This document shows, in pieces, positions 1 through 11,771 of a stretch of 64,000 nucleotides of DNA. The DNA is from Mustelus asterias. Its lineage: Eukaryota. The translations under genes were made by a program, and so were the position numbers. The stretch lies in contig NC_135830.1 of NCBI RefSeq assembly GCF_964213995.1, positions 5,022,001-5,086,000 of the forward strand, given 5' to 3'. The notes under the pieces were generated by a model. That model did no database searches, was not told where the DNA came from, and was given only the letters and a program-made list of their open reading frames with translations. Numbering within the stretch: position 1 is the stretch's first letter; the number at the start of each line of letters is the position of its first letter.

Positions 1-752
1 TTTATGAAAATGACAAACAGCAAGGGTCCCAGAACAGATCCCTGGGGCACTCCACTGGTCACTGACCTCCACGCACAGAAAGACCCCTCCACAGCCACTC
101 TCTGCCTTCTGCAGGCAAGCCAGTTCTGGATCCACAAGGCAACAGCCCCTTGGATCCCATGCCCTCTCACTTTCTCAAGAAGTCTTGCATGGGGGACCTT
201 ATCGAACGCTTTGCTGAAGTCCATATAGACCACATCCACCGCTCTTCCTTCGTCAATGTGCTTGGTCACATTTTCAAAGAACTCAACCAGGCTCGTAAGG
301 CACGACCTGCCCCTGACAAAGCCGTGCTGACTACTTTTGATCATACTAAACTTCTCTAGATGATCATAAATCCTGTCTCTCAGGATCCTCTCCATCAACT
401 TACCAACCACTGAGGTTAGACTCACCGGTCGGTAATTTCCCGGGCTGTCCCTGTTCCCTTTCTTGAATATAGGGACCACATCCGCAATCCTCCAATCCTC
501 CGGAACCTCTCCCGTCTCCATCGACGATGCAAAGATCATCGCCAAAGGCTCCGCAATCTCCTCCCTCGCCTCCCACAGTAACCTGGGGTACATCACATCC
601 GGTCCCGGCGACTTACCAACCTTGATGCCATTCAATAGTTCCAACACATCCTCTTTCTTTATGTCCACATGCTCGATCCTTTCTGTCCTCCGCAATCCAG
701 CAGTACAACCACCCAGATCCCTTTCCACCGTGAATACCGAGGTAAAGTATTC
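1..752 (-). mobile_element. CR1/HER1-type LINE, ORF2 reverse-transcriptase fragment
   Basis: Minus strand reads RT motifs (NYRPVSLTSVVGK, DFSKAFDKVPH, SGVPQGSVLGP). Closely similar to 42108-42860. Confidence 0.9.
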
Positions 753-1703
753 AGTAACTGATTGCGAGTTACAGCAATTAGCACAGCATCGAGAATGGGA
801 ATTGAATTGGATCCAGGCAGTGAAAGCCCTGAATTTAAACTGCTGCAGGATTTCTGTTGGAAAATTGTTCAGGAAAGTTGCTGCAACTGAACGGGAGGAG
901 GTTTGAGAGCATCTTGCGCCAAATAGATCCCCTCTATTACTGATTCTACTTATGTTCCCAATATTGATATACTTTGTGTCCTTCTGCATCAGGGAAATAC
1001 TGTCCAAACTTTGCCAGTCTTGCTGATATTCACGAAGTTGTCATACAAATCAATCGATGAATATGAATTTCAAATAATATGAAATATATTAGATCATGCT
1101 GTTGTATATTTCCAATCTATTAGAAATAAGGGATTCACAGTAACTGATATAAATTGATGCTGTAGTTGTAGATATAGAACTGGAATGCACCATCACACCG
1201 AGTGAATCCACTGACTGTTTAAATGTTGATCAGTGAAAATTTCAATCATCCACTGCTGTGCAACACACGGCGACTGTGTCAATAAGCAACAGACAGTCAA
1301 AAAAGCCTGTATCAGTCAATCTTTCTCGCAACTTTCAAACATGTTGTTATTCTCTGTACCATTTGCCATTGAGGTACATGAATAAGTGAACGCAGTTTGT
1401 GATGGTAAAAAATGTGTCCACCCCCTCTGGGAACTGAATCACATTGATGGACAGAGGAGCACACACAGATACCGAGAGTCACAGAGGGCTGACGAGACAC
1501 AAACACCCATAGATCAATGATGTCACTAACTGAGCTCAGTTTTGTTCCATTTCTGGCTGAGGTTTTGGTGAATTTTAGCTGATGAACAGAAATGAAGGAA
1601 TGCGAAGTGAAGCAGGAAAAACAGATGGGAATATTTGAAAGATTTTGATTCCATTGAAAGAATAATAATTCTGCAGTCATCTAAAGGAATGAATGCTGAG
1701 CAG

Positions 1704-1781
1704 CGCATTGGGTGAGGTTCAACTCTCCGTGAGAAAACAATAATTTCAAATCCACCGCCTGAGCCGCTTGGCCACCACTGC
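1704..1781 (-). pseudogene. degenerate tRNA-Ser(TGA) pseudogene
   Basis: Reverse complement GCAGTGGTGGCCAAGCGGCTCAGGCGGTGGATTTGAAA...GTTGAACCTCACCCAATGCG resembles vertebrate tRNA-Ser(TGA), with broken stems. Confidence 0.6.
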
Positions 1782-1951
1782 AACCGGTGTCAATGTGTTC
1801 GTGTTACTCATATTAAATCATTGAATAGTGACAGCAACAAAAGTTGCTGTCGAGAACCTTCTGTTCTCGAAGGTCACGCTGCACCTTTCATCCCTCCTTT
1901 TTCGTTCTTACAGAATGCCATTCGCTGAAAAGACAAACGAGCTGCACTTTT

Positions 1952-2033
1952 CGGCAGTGGTGGGATTTGAATCCACAGCAATTCAGATATTGAAACTTAA
2001 ATTTAGTAATTAAGACCATGCGGCTCCGCTAAC
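1952..2033 (-). pseudogene. degenerate tRNA-Leu pseudogene
   Basis: 82-nt reverse complement GTTAGCGGAGCCGCATGGTC...GGATTCAAATCCCACCACTGCC is colinear with the tRNA-Leu at 3414. Anticodon not reliably readable. Confidence 0.65.
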
Positions 2034-2315
2034 AGTCGAAGGGAACTATTGCTCAGAATAATACCGGCAACGGGTTAGAATATGATTGAGATTTTGGATA
2101 GAACATTTCGCCCCTCACGCCCCTCACAATATTTTGGAATCACAGCCAAGCAGTTGTTTTCCATCTGTTACATTTCCCACTTTTCCAGCTTTGATGAAAG
2201 ATCCAGCTGGAAGATTAACTTTGTTTCTCTCTCCACGGACGCTGCGAGATCTGGTTTCATTCAATGCGGAATTCCTTTTCATGGTGTCAGTTCACACAGC
2301 AATACAAACGAGTCA

Positions 2316-2387
2316 CCCTCTGGCTGGGGATTGAATCCAGTCCATAGTGATGAACGTGCCGAATCCAAACCATTAGACCAGCAGGGA
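2316..2387 (-). pseudogene. degenerate tRNA-Glu pseudogene
   Basis: Reverse complement TCCCTGCTGGTCTAATGGTTTGGATTCGGC...GGATTCAATCCCCAGCCAG matches the tRNA-Glu 5' half and B box. Confidence 0.65.
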
Positions 2388-2989
2388 AGCTGACAATGAC
2401 TTCCCCAATCAGCGGATCATCGTCATTTTAGCCATTCTCTTCCTCCTCTTCCGTCACACAATCGACGGGTTTCTCATTTAAAAAAATACTCAACTTATTT
2501 CCACATTTGTCACCTGCCATCGAGACCATGGCCGTGAAGACGATAACTTTGCACCATTGGAACACCCGAGTTCCACCATCACCAGCTCAATGTTGCCTTG
2601 TCTATCATTCCTTGTATCAAATTATACATCCTCCCTCGTTTTCTGTGCCGAACCTCACCTTCTGCCCTTTTCAATGAGTGACCCCTGACTTCACAAGTAG
2701 AAAATGCAGGAGAAGCCCATCAGACTAATTAAAATTTGCAAATGCATGAATAATAGAACTGTTCCCTCAGTCTGCAGTGAAAATGATTTGGAAAAAAAAT
2801 TCTACCAGTTTCATGCCGTGGGAGGTGGACGTGATAACTGTCGTGGAATTATTCCTGTAATTGGCTGAACACTTCTCTGGTGTTGAAACAGAAGGTGCCA
2901 TTTTGCAGAAGTTCGTGGTGCAAGTGGTCTGGCGTGGAAACTAAAATAACAAAAGGATCGTGGACAAAGCAAATTGTAAAACAAACTGT

Positions 2990-3053
2990 AATCTGTTGGT
3001 CTGGTGGTTAGAGTTTGAAACTTTCACTGCTGTTTAGATTGCAGGTCAGGAAA
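2990..3053 (+). pseudogene. degenerate, internally deleted tRNA-Glu pseudogene
   Basis: TGGTCTGGTGGTTAG...CTTTCAC...GGTCAGGAAA resembles tRNA-Glu(TTC) missing part of the T arm. Confidence 0.45.
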
Positions 3054-3413
3054 TGAAGATTTATTGCTCTCCTCCAATGCGTGAGAAGAAATATCAGTTA
3101 TTTCCCGGCAGAACGCACAAATCCCAGTCTCGCCTTGAGTCCTGTCCTTTCTCAAGTGAAGACCCTGAGCAAATTCAACAGGAAGCCATATTGTCCTTTT
3201 TGGGAGCCAGACGAGGTTAACGACAGTGTTAATGGAGCCGGCCCTTCACTGCAGCTCATTGTGTTTCTGACTGGAGATGATTTTTGTTTGCTGCGCATTT
3301 CAGGATCATCTGATTCGGCGACGATTTAGTCAGGGCCCATCCCAACTCCACAGATTTTGATATATTTCAGTATTAATGCAATGAAACGACATGATTATTA
3401 AGACTTCCCGTGT

Positions 3414-3495
3414 GGTAGCGTGGCCGAGCGGCCTAAGGCGCTGGATTTAGGCTCCAGTCTCTCTCGAGGCGTGGGTTCGAATCCCACCGCTGCCA
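3414..3495 (+). tRNA. TRL-TAG: tRNA-Leu(TAG), apparently intact
   Basis: GGTAGCGTGGCCGAGCGGCCTAAGGCGCTGGATTTAGGCTCCAGTCTCTCTCGAGGCGTGGGTTCGAATCCCACCGCTGCCA. Full cloverleaf with long variable arm and A/B boxes; T5 Pol III terminator at 3509-3513. Confidence 0.95.
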
Positions 3496-3694
3496 GAGTT
3501 GATGCAAGTTTTTGTCCTTGGAGCTGAAGTCTAACAGCTCGGGTTGAACGGTGTCGTTTTTGACATACGGCCTTGTAAGAACAGGATATTGCGCTTGAGT
3601 CATCGATCGACAGTTCCGACACGCCACAGCAAAAAAGCGCACCGACCTCCTCAGAAGACAAGTACGGGACACAGCCCTCAGAGTGCCCTTCCTC

Positions 3695-4026
3695 AGAGAA
3701 TCATAGAAACCCTACAGTGCAGAAGGAGGCCATTCGGCCCATCGAGTCTGCACCGACCACAATCCCACCCAGGCCCTACCCCCACACATTTTACCCGCTA
3801 ATCCCTCTAACCGACGCATTTTAGGATTCGAAGGGGCAATTTTTTAAACCTGGCCAATCAACCTAACCCGCACATCTTTGGACTGTGGGAGGAAACCGGC
3901 GCAAACCCACGCAGACACGGGGAAAACGTGCAAACTCCACACAGACAGTGACCCGAGCCGGGAATCGAACCCGGGACCCTGGAGCTGTGAAGCAGCAGTG
4001 CTAACTACTGTGCCACCGTGCCGCCC
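3695..4026 (-). mobile_element. HE1-type V-SINE
   Basis: tRNA-derived head GGGCGGCACGGTGGCACAG, central V-domain (CTCCCACAGTCCAAAGATGTGCGGGTTAGG) and a CR1-like tail. Confidence 0.9.
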
Positions 4027-4887
4027 CTCCTCCAGTACGTCCCCAGAGTGTAGAAGCCAAGACATCTTCGGAGTGGAGAAGCTATGACATCTTCTTCGGA
4101 GCCTTCAGCGTACAATCGATGAAGACGAATATCACGCAAAGGCCATCTCCACGCCCCCACTACTTGCCTTCAAAAAACAGCGCAACCTCAAACAGACCAT
4201 TGTTAGCAGAAAACTACCCAGCCTTCAAGAGAACAGCGACCACGACACCACACAACCCTGCCAGGGCAACCTCTGCAAGATGTGTTGGATCATCGACACG
4301 GATGCCATCATCACACGTGAGATCAGAATCCACCAGGTAGACGATACATACACATGCAACTCGGCCAACGTTGTCTCCCTCATCCGCTGCAGGAAAGGAT
4401 GTTCCGAAGCATGGTACATCGCCGAGACTATGCAGACGCTACGACAACAGAAGAATGGCAACCGCTCGACAATCACCCGGCAAGAGTATTCCCTTCCTGT
4501 CGGGTCACGCTTAAGCAGTCAAGCGCATTCAACCACCGATCTTCGGGTAAGCGTTCTTCAAGGCGGCCTCCAAGACGCACGACAACGCAGAATCGCTGAG
4601 CAGAAACTGATAACCAAATTCCATACACGAGAACGGCCTCAACCGGGACCTTGGGTTCAGGTCACACGACTTGTCACCCTCACCATTTGTCCTGGGCTTG
4701 CAAAATCCTACTAACTGGCTTGGCTTGAGACAATTCACACTGCTTTAACGTGTCATTGTCCCCCTCTCCACTCGCATTGTCTGTACCTGTAAAGACTTGA
4801 TTCGCTGTTAAGACACGCATTCCAACCATTATCTTGCAATTGAGTCTGTGTCTTTCTATGCCCTGTTTCTAAACCCAACTCTCCACT

Positions 4888-4922
4888 CACCTGATGAAGG
4901 AGCAGTCTCTGGAAAGCTCGTG
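4888..4922 (+). ncRNA. minimal type-I hammerhead ribozyme motif in Penelope terminal repeat
   Basis: CAC-CTGATGA-AGGAGCAGTCTCTG-GAAA-GCTC-GTG: core boxes, palindromic AGCT stem III, CAC/GTG stem I. Stem II is imperfect. Confidence 0.6.
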
Positions 4923-5382
4923 CGACCAAGTAAACTGATTGGACTTTAACCTAGTGTTGCGAGACTTCTTACTGTGAGGGAGATCAACAATGATTTTACT
5001 GAATGGCGGAACAGGCCCTAATGAAGGAGCAAATGGTCCATTGCAACTCCTCTTCCCTATTCTCTTATGTTCTTCTGTTCAGCTCATTGTCTCCTGCTGG
5101 AAAGGAATGAACCAATCACCATTGGGGCCGGATATTACTCAACATTTCTGAACTCTGAACTGAAACAATTCAGCTTTAACTCATTGAGTTCCCATAGGCA
5201 TTTGCTGGAGGAACGCTTTTTTAATTTGAAATTACAAGATAAGTTGATACATCAGGTTGAAAGTAACGTGTGTGTTCTTGTATGAAGTGGCATGGGTTCT
5301 CAATCTAACCATGCGAACCTGCAGCAACACATTGGAGTTGAGCATTGTAGTCAGGTCGATTGAGTGCGATATGCTGTCATTT

Positions 5383-5435
5383 GTTTCTGTAGTGCAGTGC
5401 TTGTAAAGGACCCGGGTCCGAAACCGGGCAGAAGA
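5383..5435 (+). pseudogene. tRNA-Val pseudogene lacking anticodon arm
   Basis: GTTTCTGTAGTGCAGTG...CGAAACCGGGCAGAA with central deletion. Confidence 0.7.
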
Positions 5436-5771
5436 ATACATTAAGATTTTTCATGTCGGGTGAGAGAAATCTGAATGATTTCAATTTGTTGCTGAATATT
5501 ATCCGAATCTCGATTCATATTATCTTTGCTTGACGTCGGCCTCAAATGCTTCCTGTAAAATAAATGCTGAATATTTTGGCGCACTGACAGGAAATAAATG
5601 TTTCTATTTTGACAAACATGCGCACATTAGCTTTTCGTTCAGTCAACAACAGATTTTAATGGGTTAATAAGTGCAGACTAACAGAGTTAATCACCATCTG
5701 AAACATGTCTAATGGTAGTCTGTGCTCTAAAAGACAGATACAAGTGAAATTGCACGTGGGCATTGTCAGCT

Positions 5772-5844
5772 GTTCCTGAAGTGCAGTTGTTCTCACATTC
5801 GCCTCACACGCGAAAAGTCACCGGTTCGAAACCAGGCAGAAACA
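5772..5844 (+). tRNA. tRNA-Val(CAC), degenerate, probably pseudogene
   Basis: TTCGC-CTCACAC-GCGAA anticodon arm and B box intact; D-loop GG and acceptor stem altered. Confidence 0.75.
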
Positions 5845-6818
5845 CTGTTGGATCGTTGTCATTAAGCAAGAGGGAAGTCTGCATGATGTAAGTTCATAGC
5901 TCAACCTCATGCGAATCCGATATCACGGTCATGTTATATTGGCTTTGATCTCGGCCTCAAAAGCATTTCGGAAAATCAGAAATGCTCTCTTTGAGGAAGC
6001 AGGGAATAAAGAACTCCATTGTGTATACACATATTCGCAACTCGTGCAGTCCACAAATTAATTTAATGGGATTAGAGGTGCAGACTGACCTAGTTAATCA
6101 CCATCTGAAATGTATCGAATAGTATTATGTGCTCATAAAGACAGACAAAATTGAAAGTCAAACTGAACTGGAGGAAATAGGCGCATTTCACAGAAGCACC
6201 TTTGTAAAATTGCTCTTCACAGTAAAGAAATAGTTAAAACCACTCAGACAAATGTGGAAATCGAGATTCAGTGCGGACCTCCTGGACTTCCGATAGATGG
6301 TCGAGATTTAGGCGCCAGAATACTTCACACACAGAATAAAGAGGATTCAAGTACATTTTATTTTCTTTAAAGGATGAATGTGGTCAATCTGAAATAAACA
6401 TCATGGCATGGGCATTACCCAGTGACTCTATTTCTTTTGTTGGTCAGACATGTTTGCAAGACAATGTTGTATATTACAGAGATATTCAATTCAGAATGAG
6501 GACATCTGTTTTAAATAAACGTATTGAAATTAAATGTTGAATAACTGCAAATATTTGATATAACTGTTTGAAATTATTTGACGGAAGATGAGAATGATGT
6601 ATGAATGATTGAACAGAAACCATTGCCGCCTGAGACATTTGCCAGACGAACGCTTTATAATTTTGAAGTTCAAGATAAGTTGAGAAATCAGGTTGAAAGT
6701 AACGGATTTGTTCTTCTATTAAGTGACATGGACCCTCAATGTGACCATGAGAACCTGCAGCAACACAATGTAGTTCAACATTGTAGTCAGGCCAATTGGC
6801 GGCGTGGCGCATTCTCTT

Positions 6819-6890
6819 GTTTCTGTAGTGCAGTGGTTATCACATTGGCCCAACACGTGAAAGGTCACCGCTTCAGAACCGGGCAGAACA
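6819..6890 (+). pseudogene. tRNA-Val(AAC) pseudogene
   Basis: Val body with damaged anticodon stem and B box (CTTCAGAA). Confidence 0.75.
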
Positions 6891-8827
6891 TTCATCAGCT
6901 TTCCCATGTAGAGTGAGGGAAATCTGTATGATTTCAGATCGTTGCTGAACATCATCCAAATCTGGATGTTACAGCCATATTATCTTTGCTCTGAGCTCGG
7001 CCTCAAATATTTTCTGTAAAATAAGAAATGCTGATTCTTTTGACGCACTGACAGGAAATTTTCGATTTTGACAGTGTGCACACATCAGCATCTGTTTCAG
7101 CCGACAACAGAATTTAATGGGTTGATAGGTGCAGCCGAACATAGTTAATCACCATCTGAATCATGTCTAATTGCAATGTGTGCTCAAAAAGACAGACACA
7201 AGTGAGAGTGTAAGTGAATTAGAGGAAATAGCGCACATTTCCTACAACATTATTTTTTGGAAATCGTTCTTCATAACAAAGAAATAGGAAACAGCACTCA
7301 GCCAGATGAGGAAATCGAGACTCAGTGCGGATCTATTGGACTTTCCTAAAGATGGCCGGAATTCATGCGCCTGAATGTTTCACGCCGATAATTAAAAGGC
7401 TCAAGTGCAACTAACAGATGTCTTTCAATCTCTTCCATTTAAATGGAGTTGATTTTGTTTAACAGCAGACTATAATCAATGTCAAAATTGCGATCCGCGC
7501 ATTACCCGGTGACCCGCTTCCTTCTTGGTCAGTTATGTTTGCAATTAAATTTCAGAGATATTCAATTCATAATGAAGACATATGTGTTAAATAATGCATT
7601 GATACTAAATGTTGAAACAAATACTGAGTACAATTGTAAAATGAGTTTCACGAATGCTATCTGAACACGAAACGTCAGCCCTTTTTTCTCCTTACAGATG
7701 CTGCCAGACCTTGTGAGATTTTCCAGCACTTTCTCTGTTGGTTTCAGATTCCAGCATCCACGGTAAATTGTTTTTATTACTGAGTACAATTGGTTGAGAT
7801 TATTCGAAGGAAGATGAGAGTGATGCATTAATCAATGAGCAGAAATCATTGCTCCCTCAGGTATTTGCCAGACGAACGCTTCTAAGTTTTGAAGTTCAAG
7901 ATAAGTTGAGCAATCAGATTGAAAACAGCGGTTATCTTCCTGAAACAAGACACATTGTTGCGGGGTGGGTGGGGGAGGGAGGTTGCGAGGGTGGAGGGGG
8001 GGCGGGGGAGGAGACCAGGCTCTCAGTCTCACCATTTGAACGTGCAGCACAACAGCGCAGTTCAACATTGCAGGCAGGCCGATTTGCTGGAGGCGGCGAG
8101 ACTCAGTGCGGATCTACTGGAATTTCCTATTAATGGCCGGTATTTCTGTGCCTGAATGTTTCACGCCCAGAATAAATAAGGTTCAAGTGTCACGATCAGA
8201 TAATTCTTGATTCTCCTCCATTTAAATGTAGTTGACTTTGTTTAAAAGCTGACGATAGTAAATCTCAAAATTGTGATCTGTATTTCCCGGTGATTCCATT
8301 CGTTCTGTTAGTCAGTTATGTTTGCAATTCAGTGATGTTCAATTTCAGAGATATTCAATTCATAATGAAGACATTTGTGTTAAATAATGCCTTGATACTA
8401 AATATTGAAACAACTACTGAGAACAATTGTACAATGAGCTTTGATAAAGTGTCATCTGGACTCGAAACGTCCGCCCTTTTCACTCCTTACAGGTGCTGTC
8501 AGATATTGTGAGATTTTGCAGCATTTTAGCTTTTCTCATCCCCGTGCAATTTGTTTTTATTACTGAGTACAATTGATTGAGATTATTCGAAGAAAGATGA
8601 AAATGATGCATCAATGAATGGGCAGAAATCATTGCTCCCTTAGATATTTGCGAGACGAACGATTTTAAATTGTGATGTTCGGGATAAGTCGTACAATCAG
8701 ATTGAAAGTAACGGTTATCTTCCTGAATTTAGTGACATGGGCTCTCAGTCTAACCATCGGAACCTGCAGCAACACAGCGTAGTTGAACATTGCAGACAGG
8801 CAGATTTGCTGCTCTTATGTTCAAGCT

Positions 8828-8901
8828 GTTTCTGTAGTGTAGTGGTTATCACGTTCGCTTAACTACGCGAAAGGTCCCCGGTTCGAAACCAGGCCGAAGC
8901 A
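8828..8901 (+). pseudogene. tRNA-Val(AAC)-like, 1-nt insertion in anticodon loop
   Basis: A and B boxes intact; 8-nt loop TTAACTAC; acceptor mismatches. Confidence 0.8.
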
Positions 8902-9030
8902 TTTATTCAGCTTCTTCATGTCGTGTAAGGGAAAATTGCTTGAGTCCAGTTTGATGCTCATCATTGTCCGAGCCTCGATGCTAATGGCATGTTATCATTG
9001 CTCTGACATCGCCCTCAAATGCTTTCTGTG

Positions 9031-9224
9031 GACACACCGCAGGGGTTGGGGTGCATTATTGACACTAATAATCACATTTTAATTTGATGTTTTTAAGTTT
9101 CCTTTGTACTTTGATTTCTGTTCGGGCTGTTCCCCCTCCTTTTTGGGGAGCTGCCCCTTTTACTTTGTCCTGATTTAATCTGAGTTTGTTTACTTGGTTT
9201 GGTTTGACCTAAAAAAAAAAAGAG
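9031..9224 (+). mobile_element. 5'-truncated poly(A)-tailed non-LTR retrotransposon 3' end, Tx1-like
   Basis: Short ORF end DTPQGLGCIIDTNNHILI* (9031-9087), T-rich 3' UTR with hairpin at ~9124-9157, A11 at 9211-9221. Not present in the other array units. Family assignment is from recall. Confidence 0.55.
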
Positions 9225-9257
9225 GACAGGCAGATTAGCTCAACCGCGCTTCCAGCG

Positions 9258-9330
9258 GTTTCTGTAACGTAGTGATGATCACGTTCACCGAACACGCGAA
9301 AGATCCCCGGTTCGAAGCCAAGCGGAAACA
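9258..9330 (+). pseudogene. tRNA-Val(AAC) pseudogene
   Basis: 73-nt Val body with multiple stem mismatches. Confidence 0.8.
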
Positions 9331-10473
9331 TGCATTACGCTTTCTCATGTCAGGAAAGTTGCTTGATTCCAGTTTGTTGCGCAACATTATCCGGACCTCC
9401 CTGTTAAAGGCATGTTATCATTGCTCTGACATCATCCTCAAATGCTTTCTGTGAAATAAGAAACGGTTTTTCTTTGACGCACTGACAGGAAAGTTCGGTT
9501 TTGACACCGAGCACATATTCGCATCTCGTTCAGTCTACACCCGAATTTAATGGGTGTATAGGTGTAGACTAATATGGTTGATCACCGTCTGAAATATCTG
9601 ATAGTAGTGTGTGCTCAAAGAGACAGATACAAGTGATGCTGTAAGTGAACGAGAGGAAATGGCGCACATTTCACAGAAGAATCTTTTTTTAAAAATCGTT
9701 TTTCATCACGAAGAAACAGGAAGAGCCACTCGGACAGAGGGAATCGAGACTCTGTGCGGATCTAAAGGACTTTCTTGTAAAGGGCCGGAATTTATGCGCC
9801 TGAATGTTTCACGCCCATAATAAAAAAGGCTCAAGTGTCACGAGCACATAATTCTTGATTCTCCTCCATTTAAATATAGTTGATTTTGTTTCAAAGCTGA
9901 CGATAGTCAATCTCAAAATTGCGATCCGTATTACCCGGTGATTCGATTCGTTCTGTTGGTCAGTTGTGTTTGCAATTCAGTGATGTTCAATTTCAGAGAT
10001 ATTCAATTCATAATGAAGACATACGTGTTATATACTGCCTTGATACTAAATAGTGAAACAAATACTGAGTACAATTGTACAATGAGCTTTAATGAAGTGT
10101 CATCTGGACTCGAAACATCCGCCCTTTTCGCTCCTTGCAGGTGCTGTCAGACATTGTGAGATTTTGCAGCATTTTCTCTTTTCTCATCCGCAGTAATTTG
10201 CTTTTATTACTGAGTACAATTGAGTGAGATTATTCGAAAAAGATGAAAATGATGCATTAATGAATGGGCAGAAATCATTGCTCCCTTAGATATTTGCGAG
10301 ACGAACGGTTTCAAATGTTGATGTTCGGCATAAGTCGTACAATCTGATTGAAAGTAACGGTTATCTTCCTGAATTAAGTGACATGGGCTCTCAGTCTAAG
10401 CATCGAAACCTGGAGCAACACAGCGTAGTTGAACATTGCAGACAGGCATATTTGCTCTATTGTGCTTCAAGCT

Positions 10474-10547
10474 GTTTCTGCAGTGTAGCTGTTGTCGCGT
10501 TCACCTAACACGCGGAAAGTTCCCCGATTCGAGACCGGACAGAAACA
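10474..10547 (+). pseudogene. tRNA-Val(AAC) pseudogene
   Basis: Val body with CTAACAC loop; D and T arms damaged. Confidence 0.8.
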
Positions 10548-11697
10548 TTCATTAAGCTTTCTCATGTCGGGTAAGGGAAGACTGCTTGATTTCAGTTTGA
10601 TGCTGAACGTTATCCGAACCTTGATGTTAAAGACATGTTATCATTGCTCTGACATCACCCTCAAATGCTTGCTGTGAAATGAGAAACGATTTTTTTTGAC
10701 GCACTGACAGGAATGTTCGATTTTGATACCGAGCACTTATTCCCATCTCGTTCAGTCTACAACAGAATTTTATGGATTTATAGGTGTAGCCTAATATGGT
10801 TAATCACCATCTGAAATATCTGACAGTAGTGTGTGCTCAAAAAGAAAGTTACAACTGATACTGTAAGTGAACTAGAGGAAATGGTGCACATTTCACAGAA
10901 GAATCTTTTTTTAAATATTCTTTCAGCACGAAGAAACATGAAAAGCCACTCAGACCGATGAGGGAATCGAGACTCAGCGCGGATATAATGGACTTTCCTG
11001 TAAAGGGCCTGGACTGATTCGCCTGAATGTTTCACGCCCATAATTAAAAAGTCTCAAGTGTCACGAACAGATAATTCTTGATTCTTCTCCATTTAAATGC
11101 AGTTGACTTTGTTTAAAAGCTGACGATAGTCAATCTCAAAATTACGATTTGTAGTACCCGATGATTCGATTCGTTCTGTTGTTCAGTTATGTTTGGGATG
11201 AAGTGATGTTCGATTTCAGAGATATTCAATTAATAATGAAGACATATGTGTTAAATGATGCATTGATACTAAATAGTGAAACAAATACTGAGTACAATTG
11301 TACAATGAGCTTTGATAAAGTGTTATCTGGACTCGAAACGTCCGCCCTTTTCGCTCCTTACAGGTGCTGTCAGACATTGTGAGATTTTGCAGCATTTTCT
11401 CGTTTCTCATCCGCAGTAATTTGCTTTTATTACTGAGTGCAATTGATTGAGATGAGTCGAAGAAAGAAGAAAATGATGCATTAATGAATGGGCAGAAATC
11501 ATTGCTCCGTTAGATATTTGCGAGACGAACTTTTTTATATTTTGATGTTCGGGATAAGTCGTACAATCAGATTGAAAGTAACGGTTATCTTCCTGAATTC
11601 AGTGACATGGGCTCTCAGTCTAACCATCGGAACCTGCAGCAACACAACGTAGTTGAACATTGCAGACAGGCAGATTTGCTCTAACGTGCTCGAAGCT

Positions 11698-11771
11698 GTT
11701 TCTGTCGTGTCGTGGTTATCACGTTCGACCAGCACGTGAAAAATTCCCCGGTTTGAAACGGAGCAGAAACA
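11698..11771 (+). pseudogene. tRNA-Val pseudogene (anticodon drifted to AGC)
   Basis: Val body with damaged anticodon arm and B box. Confidence 0.75.

Larger units (their letters stand above)
3560..4975 (+). mobile_element. Penelope-like element 3' fragment (RT thumb/linker, GIY-YIG endonuclease, terminal repeat), split by a SINE
   Basis: ORF 4280-4714 reads YTCNSANVVSLIRCRKGCSEAWYIAETMQTLRQ (GIY-YIG). Upstream reads PPLLAFKKQRNLKQTIV. Terminal repeat has CTGATGA...GAAA. Confidence 0.85.

Noticed and set aside
1480-1507. 12-RSS-like CACAGAG-12-ACAAACACC on plus strand
   Set aside because: No V, D or J coding segment is adjacent; cryptic RSSs of this quality occur by chance.
3190-3230. J-like peptide IVLFGSQTRLTTV
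   Set aside because: Lacks the second Gly of FGxG, an upstream RSS and a clear splice donor.
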